64,000 bases of DNA from Camelus ferus (lineage: Eukaryota): contig NC_045696.1 of assembly GCF_009834535.1 (NCBI RefSeq), positions 73,038,001 through 73,102,000 on the forward strand. Direction: 5' to 3'. A program made the position numbers and the translations under genes. Under the pieces are notes generated by a model. That model was not told the DNA's origin. It worked only from the letters and a program-made list of their open reading frames with translations, and searched no databases. Positions 38,801-50,560 of this stretch are shown piece by piece; within the stretch, counting starts at the first letter, position 1, and each line of letters begins with the position of its first letter.

Positions 38801-41500
38801 TTCCCCCCGCCCTTAATTTGAAGATCATTGACACGATAGACTGTAATGAGTCCTTCAGCAACTGTTATGATCTACAGTGACAATCTCTGCACCTAATTCA
38901 CAGATTATTGACAAGCACTGTGGGCTCAATGGTGTCAAGTTGTATTGTAGTTTCAACACCTTTCAGCAACCCACGTAGCAGCTGGGCCCTGGATTAGGAC
39001 CAAAGTCTGGCAGCGCTGATCTGCTAGCCCGAGTGGTGGAGAGATGAGTGTCTGTCTATACTCAGTTCCTTCAAACCGGATTGGGCCTCCTCCCTGATGC
39101 CTTGTCTGTCTCAGGGTTGGATCAAGGAAACTAAAGGATCTTAAAAGTTTAAAGACAAAGTAAAAGAGCAAACTTAATAATAAATGAGGGTTCATTCTTC
39201 AATCTCGGTTTTAATAATCATTTTCTCATCCCCAAAGAGCTACCAAATTCCAAGCCCCATACACTGGCTTTCAGAGTGAGGCTTGGGTTCACCAGTAAAT
39301 GTATGAGGGATGGAGGGGATAGGGGGCTGAGGACTTAGCACTCAGTGGGCCCAAAGCTAGGTTGGCCCATTCTCCTGGATCGCCCTCAGAATCAGGCAAG
39401 ACTGACTACTTACAAAGCAGGGCGCCCAGCCAACAGGAGCGGGCTCAGGCCTGGACACTGGGACCAGAGACCAAAAACGCCCGCCCTGCCCCTAAAGGGT
39501 GCTTTGCTGCTGCGGAGAAAACGCTGCGGGTTGCCAGCGTTGTGGCTTTGCCTGCTACTAAGGAGTCATTCATTCACTGCCCCTCCCCAGCCCCCAAAGA
39601 TGGAAGAGCTGCCTTCCTGCTGGCCGCCGTGGGGCGTGAGATTCCAGCAGGGGCTGAGGCCGCCTGAAACCACAGAAATGACACTGTGCTGGGAGAGCTG
39701 GGTGGTATTCCCGGGCCTAGGCCACCCACTTGTTTAGTTCTTTTTCCTAAACTAGGGGTTGAGCTTTCTCCCTGGGCCCTGGGAAGTTGGGGGCTCACTG
39801 CCTGCCTGCCAGCAGCCAGGTGTGGCTTCTACCCTTGCCTTCACCCTACAGGTTGTGACCCCCACCACCACTGGTGAAGAAGAGGTGGGGCAAAATCTCA
39901 GCCTCTACGTTTGCAAATTCTCCATCACTTCAGAATAGCAAGTGTATTCAGCTGGTCCCTTCCAAAAGTCTGCTGCCTTTGACCTCCCCAACGCCACAGG
40001 CAGCCTTGAACCGTGGCTTTCAGAGCACCGTTTGTCACCTTACCAGGGTTGGCACCAAAATTGGCCCAGGATTTAATATTTCTTCAGTGGGGACTAGTCT
40101 TTTGGTGAAGGAAAGGGGAGGGTCTGTCTTCAGCAGGAATCCCGCTTACCCATCATTTCGATAGGATTCCAGGTAAAAAAAAAACTGATTAAAAGCCTTG
40201 ATTCTTTTCCTGCCACTGTATCCAGATTCACTTATTGAGAAACACAAGCTGAGATTCTATTCTGGAATCAGATGGAGAAAGCATCTCTCATCTCAATGAA
40301 CAGAAATTTCCCTGAAAACACAATGTCAGATGCACAGATTGTAGGAGGTGGGAGAAATAAACATAAAAACAACTTACATAGCCACAGTATTAAATATTTT
40401 AAAAAGTTATTGTGTTATGAAATTAAGCTAGTTTCCCTCAATAGGTAAACTTAAAAAAAAAGCAAGCCCTAAATTTAAGGTTTTTTTAAAAATCATAAAA
40501 CACTTTGTTGAGATCACGTGTTCATTTAGCACACAAATTGTTTCAATTTGATCTTAACACCTAGACAAACTCATATTTTCCCATTGCCTTAAATTCAGAG
40601 GATGTGTCATTTTTATAGTTATCTTTCTGGAAGAATTCAAAGTGTACGTTTGTCCTCGTTTGCTGACCAAAGAAAAAGTCAAAGCTCTTTCTTATGCAGA
40701 CAGGTAGTTTTTGGAAGTGTAAAATACTCCTCTTCCCCTAGGATAATTTGGATTCCTGGTCAAATGAAAATGCTGAATTTCAAAAGAAAATACTCTTTAT
40801 CATCGGATCACCTTTCCTGAACGCCTAAGGCTCAGAAAAGAGAAAGAAGGAGAGAGAGAGGTGTCAGGTACCCGTTTCTTAAATAATATCTGGAAATTAA
40901 CTACTAGCCGGGGAAGGAAAAGTTTGATCAGGATTGGTTTGGGGGATGGGAAACATTCAAAAGAGACTAGCCTTTTCATTACACTCTGAAAGTAAATAAA
41001 AAAGGAGCAAGTTATTTCGTTTACTAAGAGACTCAGTTACTATACTTGACGGCCCTCCGAGGCCATTCAGGATGCTGCTGACAACGTCAAAGCAGAACGC
41101 AGCAGCATCTTCGGTTTTATTTTTTGAAATGTGGACAGGACGGAAGAAGTAACTTTTGCTTGGTTCTCCACTGTTACAGAGAAAAACTCTCTCTCTCTTT
41201 TAATCATGCTTCTCTATCTGTTTTACTATTGCTGAATCTTTGAAAAGAGCCCCAAACCCAAACGGGGGTAGGGAGTGGCTGCTGGGATGTGAGGAAGAGG
41301 AATAGGAGGAATAGGCTAGTCTTTATTTTTTATTGAATTAAAATTGTGTTATCGCCTTTTGATTCTTTATTGAGTGAAACTTATATTATCTTTCAAGGAT
41401 ATGAGAATTTGTTTCCTCGCCCCATCTCCTTTTTGGAGGGTTATTACCCCAGAGCAAGGTTCTAGCGATTTCCTGGACTGGTGCTGTGCTGCTCCTACTG

Positions 41501-41520
41501 TGTCCAACAGGGGGCGCTGG
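41501..41520 (+). promoter_or_regulatory. CTCF motif
   Basis: TGTCCAACAGGGGGCGCTGG, close to consensus, in a small CpG patch. Confidence 0.75.
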
Positions 41521-42026
41521 GCACGAACCTGCGCGGCGGCTCAGCGCCGCTTCACATCTGAGCCGGGTTCCAGCCCCGGAAGGCGAGAGCTGCTCGCGGG
41601 GTCGAGTACAGAGCTTTAGTCTTCGTGGATAAAAAGAGATTAAAGGCTAAATTCTTTTTTGGGATGTGTGTGTGCGCGCGCGCGCGTAAGTGTGTGTATG
41701 GGGGGTTATCAATTTTAACCAACTACGGAAATGCAGAGCTTTTTACCCTTTGATGTTCTCATAAAGAAACTCCTATCGGTTGAGGAATTATGCGGTTTCT
41801 GAGCCAACACTGTAGATACAGTGTGGGGGAAATTATTTAATTTGAAATATATATTTTCCATCTGTTCACATGATCCTTTTAGAAGTACTGACACCCATCA
41901 CTTTGGCCTGTTCACCCTGCCCCAAGTTTCAGATACTTTACCTATTTCGAAGGCTCTTCTATTAATTTGAAGGGGAAGAAAAGAGACCCAAATATTTAAA
42001 TCCCCCCCAGTTACTCCTCTGCATCC

Positions 42027-42084
42027 TCTTTCTTTCTTTCTTTCTTTCTTTCTCTCTTTCTTTCCTTTCTTTCTTCCTTTCTTT
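42027..42084. repeat. (TTTC)n microsatellite
   Basis: ctttctttctttctttctttctttctctctttc... Confidence 0.9.
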
Positions 42085-43050
42085 TAACAGAGACTTTTAT
42101 GTGATTGACACATTTCACATTGCCTGTTCTGCAAAGCCAAGTATAAATGACAAGAAGTGACTCTAAAAATGTTTTTTGATGTTGGACTACAAAACACCCA
42201 TGTATAAGATGAAATCTAAATAAAATTGTAATCCACCCACCCCCACCCTAATTAAAAAAAAAAAAAACCCTTCACCTGTATTTAAATAGCGTGTCTTTAA
42301 TTACAGCAGTTGGGGATGCATGAGGCTGAAATGAAATTAGCAGTCATTACCAGTCCTTTAACTCTGTGGTGCTTTTGATCAGCACTAAATTAGCTTTCCA
42401 GTCCTAACAAAGACTCTACAGCAAGCAGTGGGCTGTAAATAAGACAGCGCGACCTGCCCTCAACACCTTTTCTCTTGTCAATCATAGCTCTATCATTCAG
42501 CCCAAGATTAACCTTTATCTACCAAATTTCAAAAAAAAGAACGAAAGAAAGAAGAAAAAGAAAAAGGAAAAAGGAGGCGGGAAGGAAAGCCCCCTTACTA
42601 CCACATGTCGAAATAACAGAGGTTCCTAAGAGCCCCCTTTAAATTGTATTATAATAAGCCCGTGTCAGAATCTGCAATTTCCAAATCATCCCTCCCCACC
42701 CCACCCCTCTGCACTTCCCCTGTAGATCAGAAGAGTCAGAATGCTGTTCAGGTGGAAAGGATTCCCTTTTCCTGAATTACTAATTGGGCACGGGCCACCC
42801 TCCTTAAGTCAGTTTGCCATTAGTCTCTCCTGTTACTCTAAGAAAATTTCGGGAGAGCGGGAATGTTTGAGGAGAAAACATTGATAATTTTAAGGCATAT
42901 ACATAAGTTTCCGGGATGAAAACAATCAATTTACTCCTCTAATAGTCTCTAGTTTCTAAGCCTGCGGAGAAAAAAACCCACCAACAGCAACAACAAAAAC
43001 CCAGCTGCTTTTCCCTGTACTGAATTAAGAAAGTAAAACATTGGTTCCAG

Positions 43051-43070
43051 TTGCCATTAGAGGGCGCCAG
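43051..43070 (+). promoter_or_regulatory. CTCF motif
   Basis: TTGCCATTAGAGGGCGCCAG matches the CTCF core. Confidence 0.65.
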
Positions 43071-43809
43071 AGAGCAAGCCCCATCACCCCTCACTCAACT
43101 TCCCACAGAAGCCCTCCTAGCTTCTAGCTTCGCCAAGCTCTGTAATGCCTTCTCTCAGGTAATATTTCCTGCTTATCCTGCCCTCTTGCTTTTCTAGCCC
43201 TCTCAGTGTCAATCTCTTATAAAGAACGAGGTGTCGCCATGTCCCTTTCCTTCTCTTTCTTCGCATCCCTCCCCTCAACCACCGCCACCAAAATAGTAAG
43301 ATGCCAGATGAAGCAGTAGCAACCCCTTCATATGTACCTTTTGACTTAAATCACCACTCTCGATAATCTTGGTTTGGGGAAAGTTCTTTGTAGGGATGAA
43401 ACGGTAGAATTTAAAATTTTCTAAATGGAAGCCTGAATTTTTCATTTCTGCATTTCTCTCTGGGGGCTCACGGATTTCTTCATTTTCATAGGAAAGGAAA
43501 CACACACACCATTGCAAGGCAACTGATCATGCTCAGCACTAAAACTGTTCAAAAGAGAATAAAATAATGTCATTTCATTTCTGCATGTTAAAAGAAATCA
43601 AAATTAGCATTTACTTCCAAAAGTTAACGCTTTCAGACTTAAATCTGCCTGTGTTAAGTGACTGCCACACAGGGTGTATTTCCAGATCTCTTAAAGGTCA
43701 AAAGAAGAAAAAAAAAAAAAGAATGAGAGGGGAAGAAAGTGAGTTGGGGGGGTGGGCGGAGAGGAGTGAGCTAGCAGTGAATGTCAAAGTTGGGTTGCAA
43801 GCTACTTAC

Positions 43810-44095
43810 ATGTCCATGCCAGATCAGGGTGTTGTCTTGTAGCAGTTTGATTGGCAGGTAAAAAAGCGAAAGAACGTGAGGGCTCCCTGAGCCTCTTGTC
43901 AGCCCAAGCTTGATCACTTCTCACCGGACAGAACGAGCTGAAGGAGCTTGCAATTCCCCTCTCGTCCTCCATCCAAGGCACAGTGAATCCATTTCGGCTT
44001 TTCTTCCCCCCAGTCTCTCCATCAGCCTCCTGCCTTCACCCGCTTCGCCTTACACCAGCCTCCAAGACCTAGCCTAGCTTTGCCACTGCAATCCC
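43810..44095 (-). ncRNA. SOX2-OT: SOX2-OT internal exon (286 nt) upstream of SOX2
   Basis: Acceptor tttttcttgttgcAG|GGGATTGCAGTGGCAAAGC; strong donor GGACAT|GTAAGT; contains TGCTACAAGACAACACCCTGA, recalled from human/mouse SOX2-OT. Confidence 0.85.
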
Positions 44096-44149
44096 CTGCA
44101 ACAAGAAAAATCGTTTATGGCTTAAAACCCCAAATGGCTGATTTTTTAA

Positions 44150-44222
44150 AAGAGAGAGAGAGAGAGGGAGAGGGAGAGAGAGAGAAGAGAGAGGGTGAGG
44201 GGGAGAGAGGGGGAGCGAGAAG
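44150..44222. repeat. (GA)n-rich tract
   Basis: agagagagagagagagggagagggagagag...; forms a long polypyrimidine tract on the SOX2-OT strand upstream of the 44095 acceptor. Confidence 0.9.
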
Positions 44223-47200
44223 AATGCACCCAGAGAACAACAAAAAAGTCAGTTATCCTAACACTGCTCTATCCCCCCACCGTACAGAAGAAGAATAAAA
44301 AAAAAAGCTTTATGTTTTTTCAGTGGGTATTCAAAGATAATTTGATGCCATTGTTTCTGCTACAGATGGTTCTTTTAAATACAATAACACGGCTCTTTGT
44401 GCAGGCTACCCACAATAAAAATCGAAAGCGTTCCCCTGAATAACCATTTTGTTCTCTCTTGTATGGGGCCAACAAAAGATGCCGTGAGGTAATGGGTTCT
44501 GTTTATTGAAGCCATAGAATAGGGGTTTGATAAAGATTTTTTTAAAGCAGAAGACCTTGCAAGGTCGGGCTGATCTCTTCATATTTTTTTTATTAAAATA
44601 TTTGTCCAATAGATTATTCTTTGGTGCAGCTGCAGGTTTCCTCCTCAATTCTTAATCAGCCCAAACATCTGTCTCTTTGAGGAGGCTTTTAAAAAATCTG
44701 CAATTGTATCAATGGTGTAGTAACCTTATCGAATCCTGAGTTTTTAGGTTCAGTGCAGGCAGAGGCAATGGAGTTTCAATTCTATTTGGTCTTGATGGGG
44801 TGAGGTGGAGGGTTGGGGGAGAAGAGACACACCACCCCCAGATAGAGCGACTGGAGAAAGCCGGGCTTTCCTCCCGCCGCCCCCCACCCCCTGTTGACCA
44901 TGCACAACTGCACAAGCCAGACACAGATCACTAAGGGCTTGAGCTGTGTCTCCTGATCTCTGCAAGCTCCAGCCGTGCATGTATGTTGGAGAAGGGTTAG
45001 GCATGTTTTCTTACCATGCTCCCCTTCTCCTCTGTTTAGGTCTCCAATCCCAGAAAACCTAGGAGGGGAGTCCAGGGGGAGGAGGGGAACCAGCTAAAGG
45101 TTAGTCTCTAGGACCCAAAGGGGCCTCCTCCTGGCTCGCTTTCATTCACTGTTAGGTAGCTTTGACTCATTGATTGCTATCCTTCCAGGGGACTGGTGGC
45201 CACAGTCTTCCTGCTACAGCACCCCATCCCTTCAGGCTTATTCTTAGAGCCACCCGGCTTCCCCCTCAGTTCCACAGAGCACATCTGCTTCCTCTTGGAG
45301 GGGAAGCCCTGTCACCTAGACCTGGCAGAGGTCTGTATCAACTCTGAACCCTGAACTGTTAGGCAGTGAGGGCGCTGCAGGGGCAGTGCTGGGGAGGATG
45401 GCTAGGTTTAGCTACCTTGCTGTAGGAATTAATGCCAGGGCTCTCTGGGCCTCCAATAGCCCAGTGTGACAGTAATCCACTTTCATGACTTTGGCTCTGT
45501 GTTTGTCACTTGTGGCTGGACAATAGTCTGGGAAAATGGCTTTAATCTTAAAAACAAGTTTTCACTGGGTTCTCTATCTCTGCCCCCTGCCCCATTTAGT
45601 CCTCCTTTTCTTCCCCAAAACCATTCAAAATAAAAGAAAGATAAACACTCAAATGAATCTTTTGACTGATCTTAGCTTTTACTTTCCCTTTTGGAAACAA
45701 TAGTTACTAGTTTACAACTAGTCTAAAGTAATCTAATAAGGGATTCTTGGGGACTATTACTTAGACACCAATTAAAGTCTTTCCTACGAAACTTGAAAAA
45801 CAAACACAAACAATAAAACAGGAAATTAAACAGTATTTCACATGATTGTTTCTCAATAATTCATTTTATGCCTCAGGATAAACACCTCAATATCAGTTCA
45901 AAAAGAATGAAAGTCAGGGCAATACTAAAAAAGTTAGGCACATCTCAACACTCTCTGGATCAAGAACATGCCTGTATAAGTGTGTCGGGGGAGGGAGGGA
46001 GTGGAGAATATAAGTCAAGAGTGACCTTTAATAGAACAGGCTAAGGAGTGTGTTACTTTTCTCTCGTAGGAAAGGTGGAGGGGGCATTATGCAAAACTGA
46101 AAGTCAATAGGAGAAATACTTCCTCTAACTAAAGGTGGAGTGAGAGACAGCAAATGTAAAATGTTTAATCCAGTGTTTCATAACTTTGCACTAGAAAAGT
46201 AATCCACTGAAATAACAGAATACTTTCTTCCTGCTTTCCTTGTCATTTTTTCCTGAACATCAAAACTTATAAAGGATGCCCCAACCTCATAAAAGCTATT
46301 TTCCTTTTCCTAATGAACTGAAAGAAGAATCTCAACTGCTTGTCCTCTTTCCACCATGGGAGGGATTTGGGACTGAATCTAAGTCTGTAAGATAGGAAGG
46401 TGTCAGTGAGTACCCTAAGGCATCTAAAGGTGAGTAAACCTTATACATCTTATTCAGTCCCAGCCACAAGGAAGTTTAAAATCTCTCAGTTGGCCTCACT
46501 CTCTTCTTAAGGACAGGAAAACACTTTTGTAGGTATCTCCCCCAAAGTTGTCTCAAAAGCAGTAATGCAATGGCACTCTCTCTGACATGGGAGAAGGCTT
46601 CAGCTTATAACTAAAAAATGCGGAATGCGTCACGATGAAGGGCCAAAGTGACAAACTGCCTTGGTAGGTGAGGGAATCAAGAACCAGTTGCCTGCAACTG
46701 GATAATTGCTTTAAAAGAAAAACCTTTCTGTATCCACAAACTTAAGCTGTCTGGTCAGCTCCTCTCTTGCTGGAGCAAACACACATCACCAAAACGATTC
46801 TAAGTTATAGGCTTTCTAACCTGATTGGGGAATCCGTATATACCGATTTATGGGCATTTACAGATGGCTCTGAATTGGAAACTTCACTGTTCAAAAGTGC
46901 TTTGGTCCAAAGTTGAGCTCTCCAATTTTATAAGCAGCAAGCCGTGCTGGGGAGATGGGGGAGGGGGGCTACCGCAACCCTTACCCTCAGACTGGGACGC
47001 ATTCAGCACGAACGATTCAGATTGAGGAAGGGAGGGAGGGAGAGAGAGAAGGAAGGATGGAAGGAGACAAGGAAAGGAAGAGAGGGGCTAAAAAAGAGGA
47101 TTTAACCAGACAAATGGCAGAAGGGATTAGCAATATGGGGCACCAGGGGCCTGGTTTTAAATTGGCGAGTGCTGCTTACAAGGAAACATTATACGCACGA

Positions 47201-47379
47201 TCAGGGTCTGGATGTTCCAGCGAACCAATACCATACAAATCACGAGTTTCACGGAGATGTCATAGTGTCATGCTTTAGCCATCAGCTACAGTGAAAGCTG
47301 TAGCTTCCCTCTCCGTAGGCAATCCATCGTCATTCCCTAACTGGCCTTTCTACCTTCTTCACACGGAAATAACTCGGAC

Positions 47380-48670
47380 TCCGACGGCCTCCGGCGCGGG
47401 CTGGATCCCGGGGATCCAGCCGACTGCCGGCAAGCAGGGCTCGGATAGGAGCGGCCCGCGCCAGGTCGGAGGGCGACAGCTTCTCCAGCCTGCGAAGGGT
47501 ACGGCTGCGAGCGCCATCAAATATACCACGGGACTCTGAACGTGCTGCTCCCGTCAACTCGCCCAAAACGATGCAATTACTACTCAAAAGAACTCAACAC
47601 AACCCCGCCACTTGATGCGCACTTAAAATGACGGGGGAGCGCGGCCGGGCAGACCCCTCCGCCCGACGCCTCCCGGGGAGGGACGTGGTTTAAATCCAAG
47701 CTCTTTAGATTCTAAAACCTGACCTGAGAGTGCGCGCGAGTGTGTGAACAGCCTGGGAACCTCATTTTTCAGAGCCTCTAGACTAAACTTCTAGAATAAA
47801 CTCTTGTAGCCTCGGCCCTCGCTCCTCTCCCCTCCTTTGCTGGGTCAGCGGAAACCCGAGGGCAGTGGGGCCGCGGCTGCACGAGTCTTCCTGGGTCGGG
47901 CCTGCCTGCCAGGTTGGCGGGGCCCTGCGGGACGGGCCCGTCTCGCGCGATCTCGCTTGCGTCGGAAAGCAAAGCCTCGGCCAGTCGGGCTCGGCTCCCC
48001 GGGCTCCGGAGCCGCGGTGCGCGGCCCGCCCCGCGGCCCTCGCGCGCCGCCGCGTTTCCCGCGCTCTCGGCACGCACGTCCCGGCGCGGCGCCGGCTGCG
48101 GGCCCGGCTCAGACTCTGGCTCCGGCTGCGAGAGGGAAGGCGGAGGCCCTCCGCCGAGGGACTGGCGGCGCCGGCCGAGTGAGTGGAAGCCTGGGTTCCG
48201 GGCGGCCCTTCCCCACGCTGGGCGACCTGCGAGCCGGGGGCAGGTCCCTCTGACTCTAGACTAAGGGTGTTGGGACCCGCTGGTCCCCGCGAGCGCACAG
48301 TGTGGCCGGTTTGGTTCGTTGCCCAGTGCGCCGCGTGCGGAGACGGGAGCCCGGCACAGCCCTGGGAGCGAGGGGAGGCGGGCGTCCTCCCGCAGGACTG
48401 GGCCGCGGGCAACTCCGGGGGTGCGCGGGCGGAAAGTCGGGAACGGAGGGCGGCTCCTCTCTGAGGCGGCGGCTCGCCGGGCAGTGGCCACGACCCGGGA
48501 AGCCGAGGTGGCAAAGAGGGGAGTGCAGGCTCGAAGGCGGCCTGCTTTCTTAATGGCCACGTACCGTCATGGTCTTCCTTCCCACCCGCGTTCACACTTC
48601 TGGAACTCTCTGAGGTGCACCCCCTACCTCCACCCGCCCCATCTTTGTTTTATGCGGAGACCGGCAGCAG
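47380..48670. promoter_or_regulatory. CpG island ~16 kb upstream of SOX2
   Basis: ~1.3 kb very CpG-dense region; overlapping ORFs are GC-content artefacts. Confidence 0.85.
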
Positions 48671-49344
48671 GGACTAAGAAGGGTGTGTTTTTAGAGTTAA
48701 GAGGAAAGTTGGAGGCAGGAGTAAGGCCTCTGGGTAGCATTTATCAATGGCCTCCTTAAAGTTTTCTTGTTCTATATGAAATGAAATTACACATGCAATC
48801 ATCTGTTTTGTGTTTATGTGTTAACAGTATTAAATTTAAAGTGTCAAACATTTATAATAGACCACACATTTTGTGACTCCCTCCCACCCCCAATTTCTTA
48901 CTTTATTAACATTTTAGAGTTTCAATAAATGGAAATGTCTTTGGTCTTTCAACCTCTGAGTAACAGGGTGGTGGAGTGAGGGGAAGAGACCATGGCGTAT
49001 TTGTCTTACGTCCCTTTGGCGTATTCTTACCAGTGCCATGAAAGTTTGAAAAGATATTCCAAAGTCTGGTGATTATTCTGTTTCTCGTTTTCAGAGGCCC
49101 AGGGATGGGCAGTTGGTATGGGTGGCTTACTAATACATTCTTAAAGAGTAAAAATTGTGGTGAATTTTGGAAGAAAAGGAGCATGACATTGAAGGTTTTG
49201 CCTGTGGAAAGGAGTTAATGACCCAAGGAAACTGATTCTAAGGAGAATGTCTGTTTACACCTCCCCTTCCAATATCTTCTCCTAACATTCTCTCTTTACC
49301 CTTGAAAAAAAGAGCAACATTCTCTTTGCTTGAGGGTAATAAGA

Positions 49345-49570
49345 GGAAAAGAACTAACCTTTAATGACCATCTATTATGTACCAGATACTTTCTCTTCTT
49401 TAATTCTCATAATAATCTTATAAAATTGGAATTATCCCCCCCCCCTTTTTTTTTAAAACAGAGTAAGGAAGATTCAGCTGGGTTAAATGTCTGTGGTTAC
49501 ACAGCTGGTAAGAGTAGATCTGGGTTGAAATCTAGCTCTATCATTCTAAAACCCAGCCTGCTCTTCAGAA
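49345..49570 (-). mobile_element. MIR SINE
   Basis: ctattatgtaccagatact...ttaattctcataataatctt...attatcccc...aaacagagtaaggaagattcag...acacagctggtaag...gggttgaaatctag: reverse MIR layout. Confidence 0.7.
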
Positions 49571-50249
49571 CCTGGTAGACTGAGTCCAGATAGATTCCAG
49601 CAAGCATCATTGGTTACTGTCTGTTGTTGGTACAGGAGGAAACTGATTGTGAACAGTGTGTGGTCTTGTCTTTTTTTTTTTTTTTTTTTTTTTTCTCCTT
49701 TCTCTGGAAGGCAGCTTCTTCATTCTGGCTCTCCTTAGGATCTTTTGGCTATGAAGAGATTGATTTGAGGCAAAGATATAAAGGTTTATGTCTTTTTCTT
49801 GTGCAATACCAAAGTTGAACCTGCTGTTTAAACTCAATTTTCTGAAGTTAGATCTCAATTGGCATCAGGTTTAAGCCCACCCATCCGCTGGCTTGATCAA
49901 GGTAATGATTTCATGAGGATATACTCACATAGGTCAAACTGAGTATCACTCTTAAAACTCCAGCCTCAGAAACCAAAAGGGTGGGAGGGAAATATAGTAA
50001 TAACAGAACACATGATTGCTAATTAACCTTATTAACAACTGCAAACCAGTGAACATTTATATTTTTATTTTCTCAGAAAGGCAATTAATTTTTTTTGCCT
50101 TCTATTAACTACCTTTCCCCCCCAGATAATCACCTATATCAAAACCACCCTTTAGAAGGTCAGTAGAAATTATTTTAAGACATTCAAATATAAAAAAAAA
50201 GTATTGTTATTTTAATAGGCACTGTGGACAGTTTAATTTGTATCTTGTA

Positions 50250-50560
50250 TTAAATTAAACATATGGTGAACAGGGTATAATAGATTTTCTATAATTTAGC
50301 TGCCAATGTGGCAACAGCAGCCAGTTACTCTCACCAGCAGACTTGTCAGTGGTTTGTTTACTAGCTTATTTGAATTAAAATAAAGCTTCGCTTCTGCTGA
50401 CTGCACATCATTATCTATGAGACCATAATCCTGCTAGCAAATCCTATATCTTCCAGAACTGGCTCTTTTGTTTGGGATTACTGAGAGCTTAGCCTATAAC
50501 AAAGAGGAATAAGGCATCCCTCTCATCCTCATAATTAAGTGTGGGGACTAATTTAGAAAC
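50250..50560. promoter_or_regulatory. SOX2 enhancer N-3 (SOX2-PAX6 composite element)
   Basis: CTCTTTTGTTTGGGATTACTGAGAGCTTAGCCTA at 50463-50496 matches the remembered N-3 core; ~18.6 kb 5' of the TSS. Confidence 0.8.

Noticed and set aside
41071..41109. Inverted repeat GATGCTGCTG...CAGCAGCATC as a pre-miRNA
   Set aside because: A 10-bp stem is far too short for a miRNA hairpin
47778..48759. Overlapping 100-270 aa ORFs in the upstream CpG island
   Set aside because: Ala/Arg/Gly/Pro-rich, open in several frames on both strands; explained by GC content
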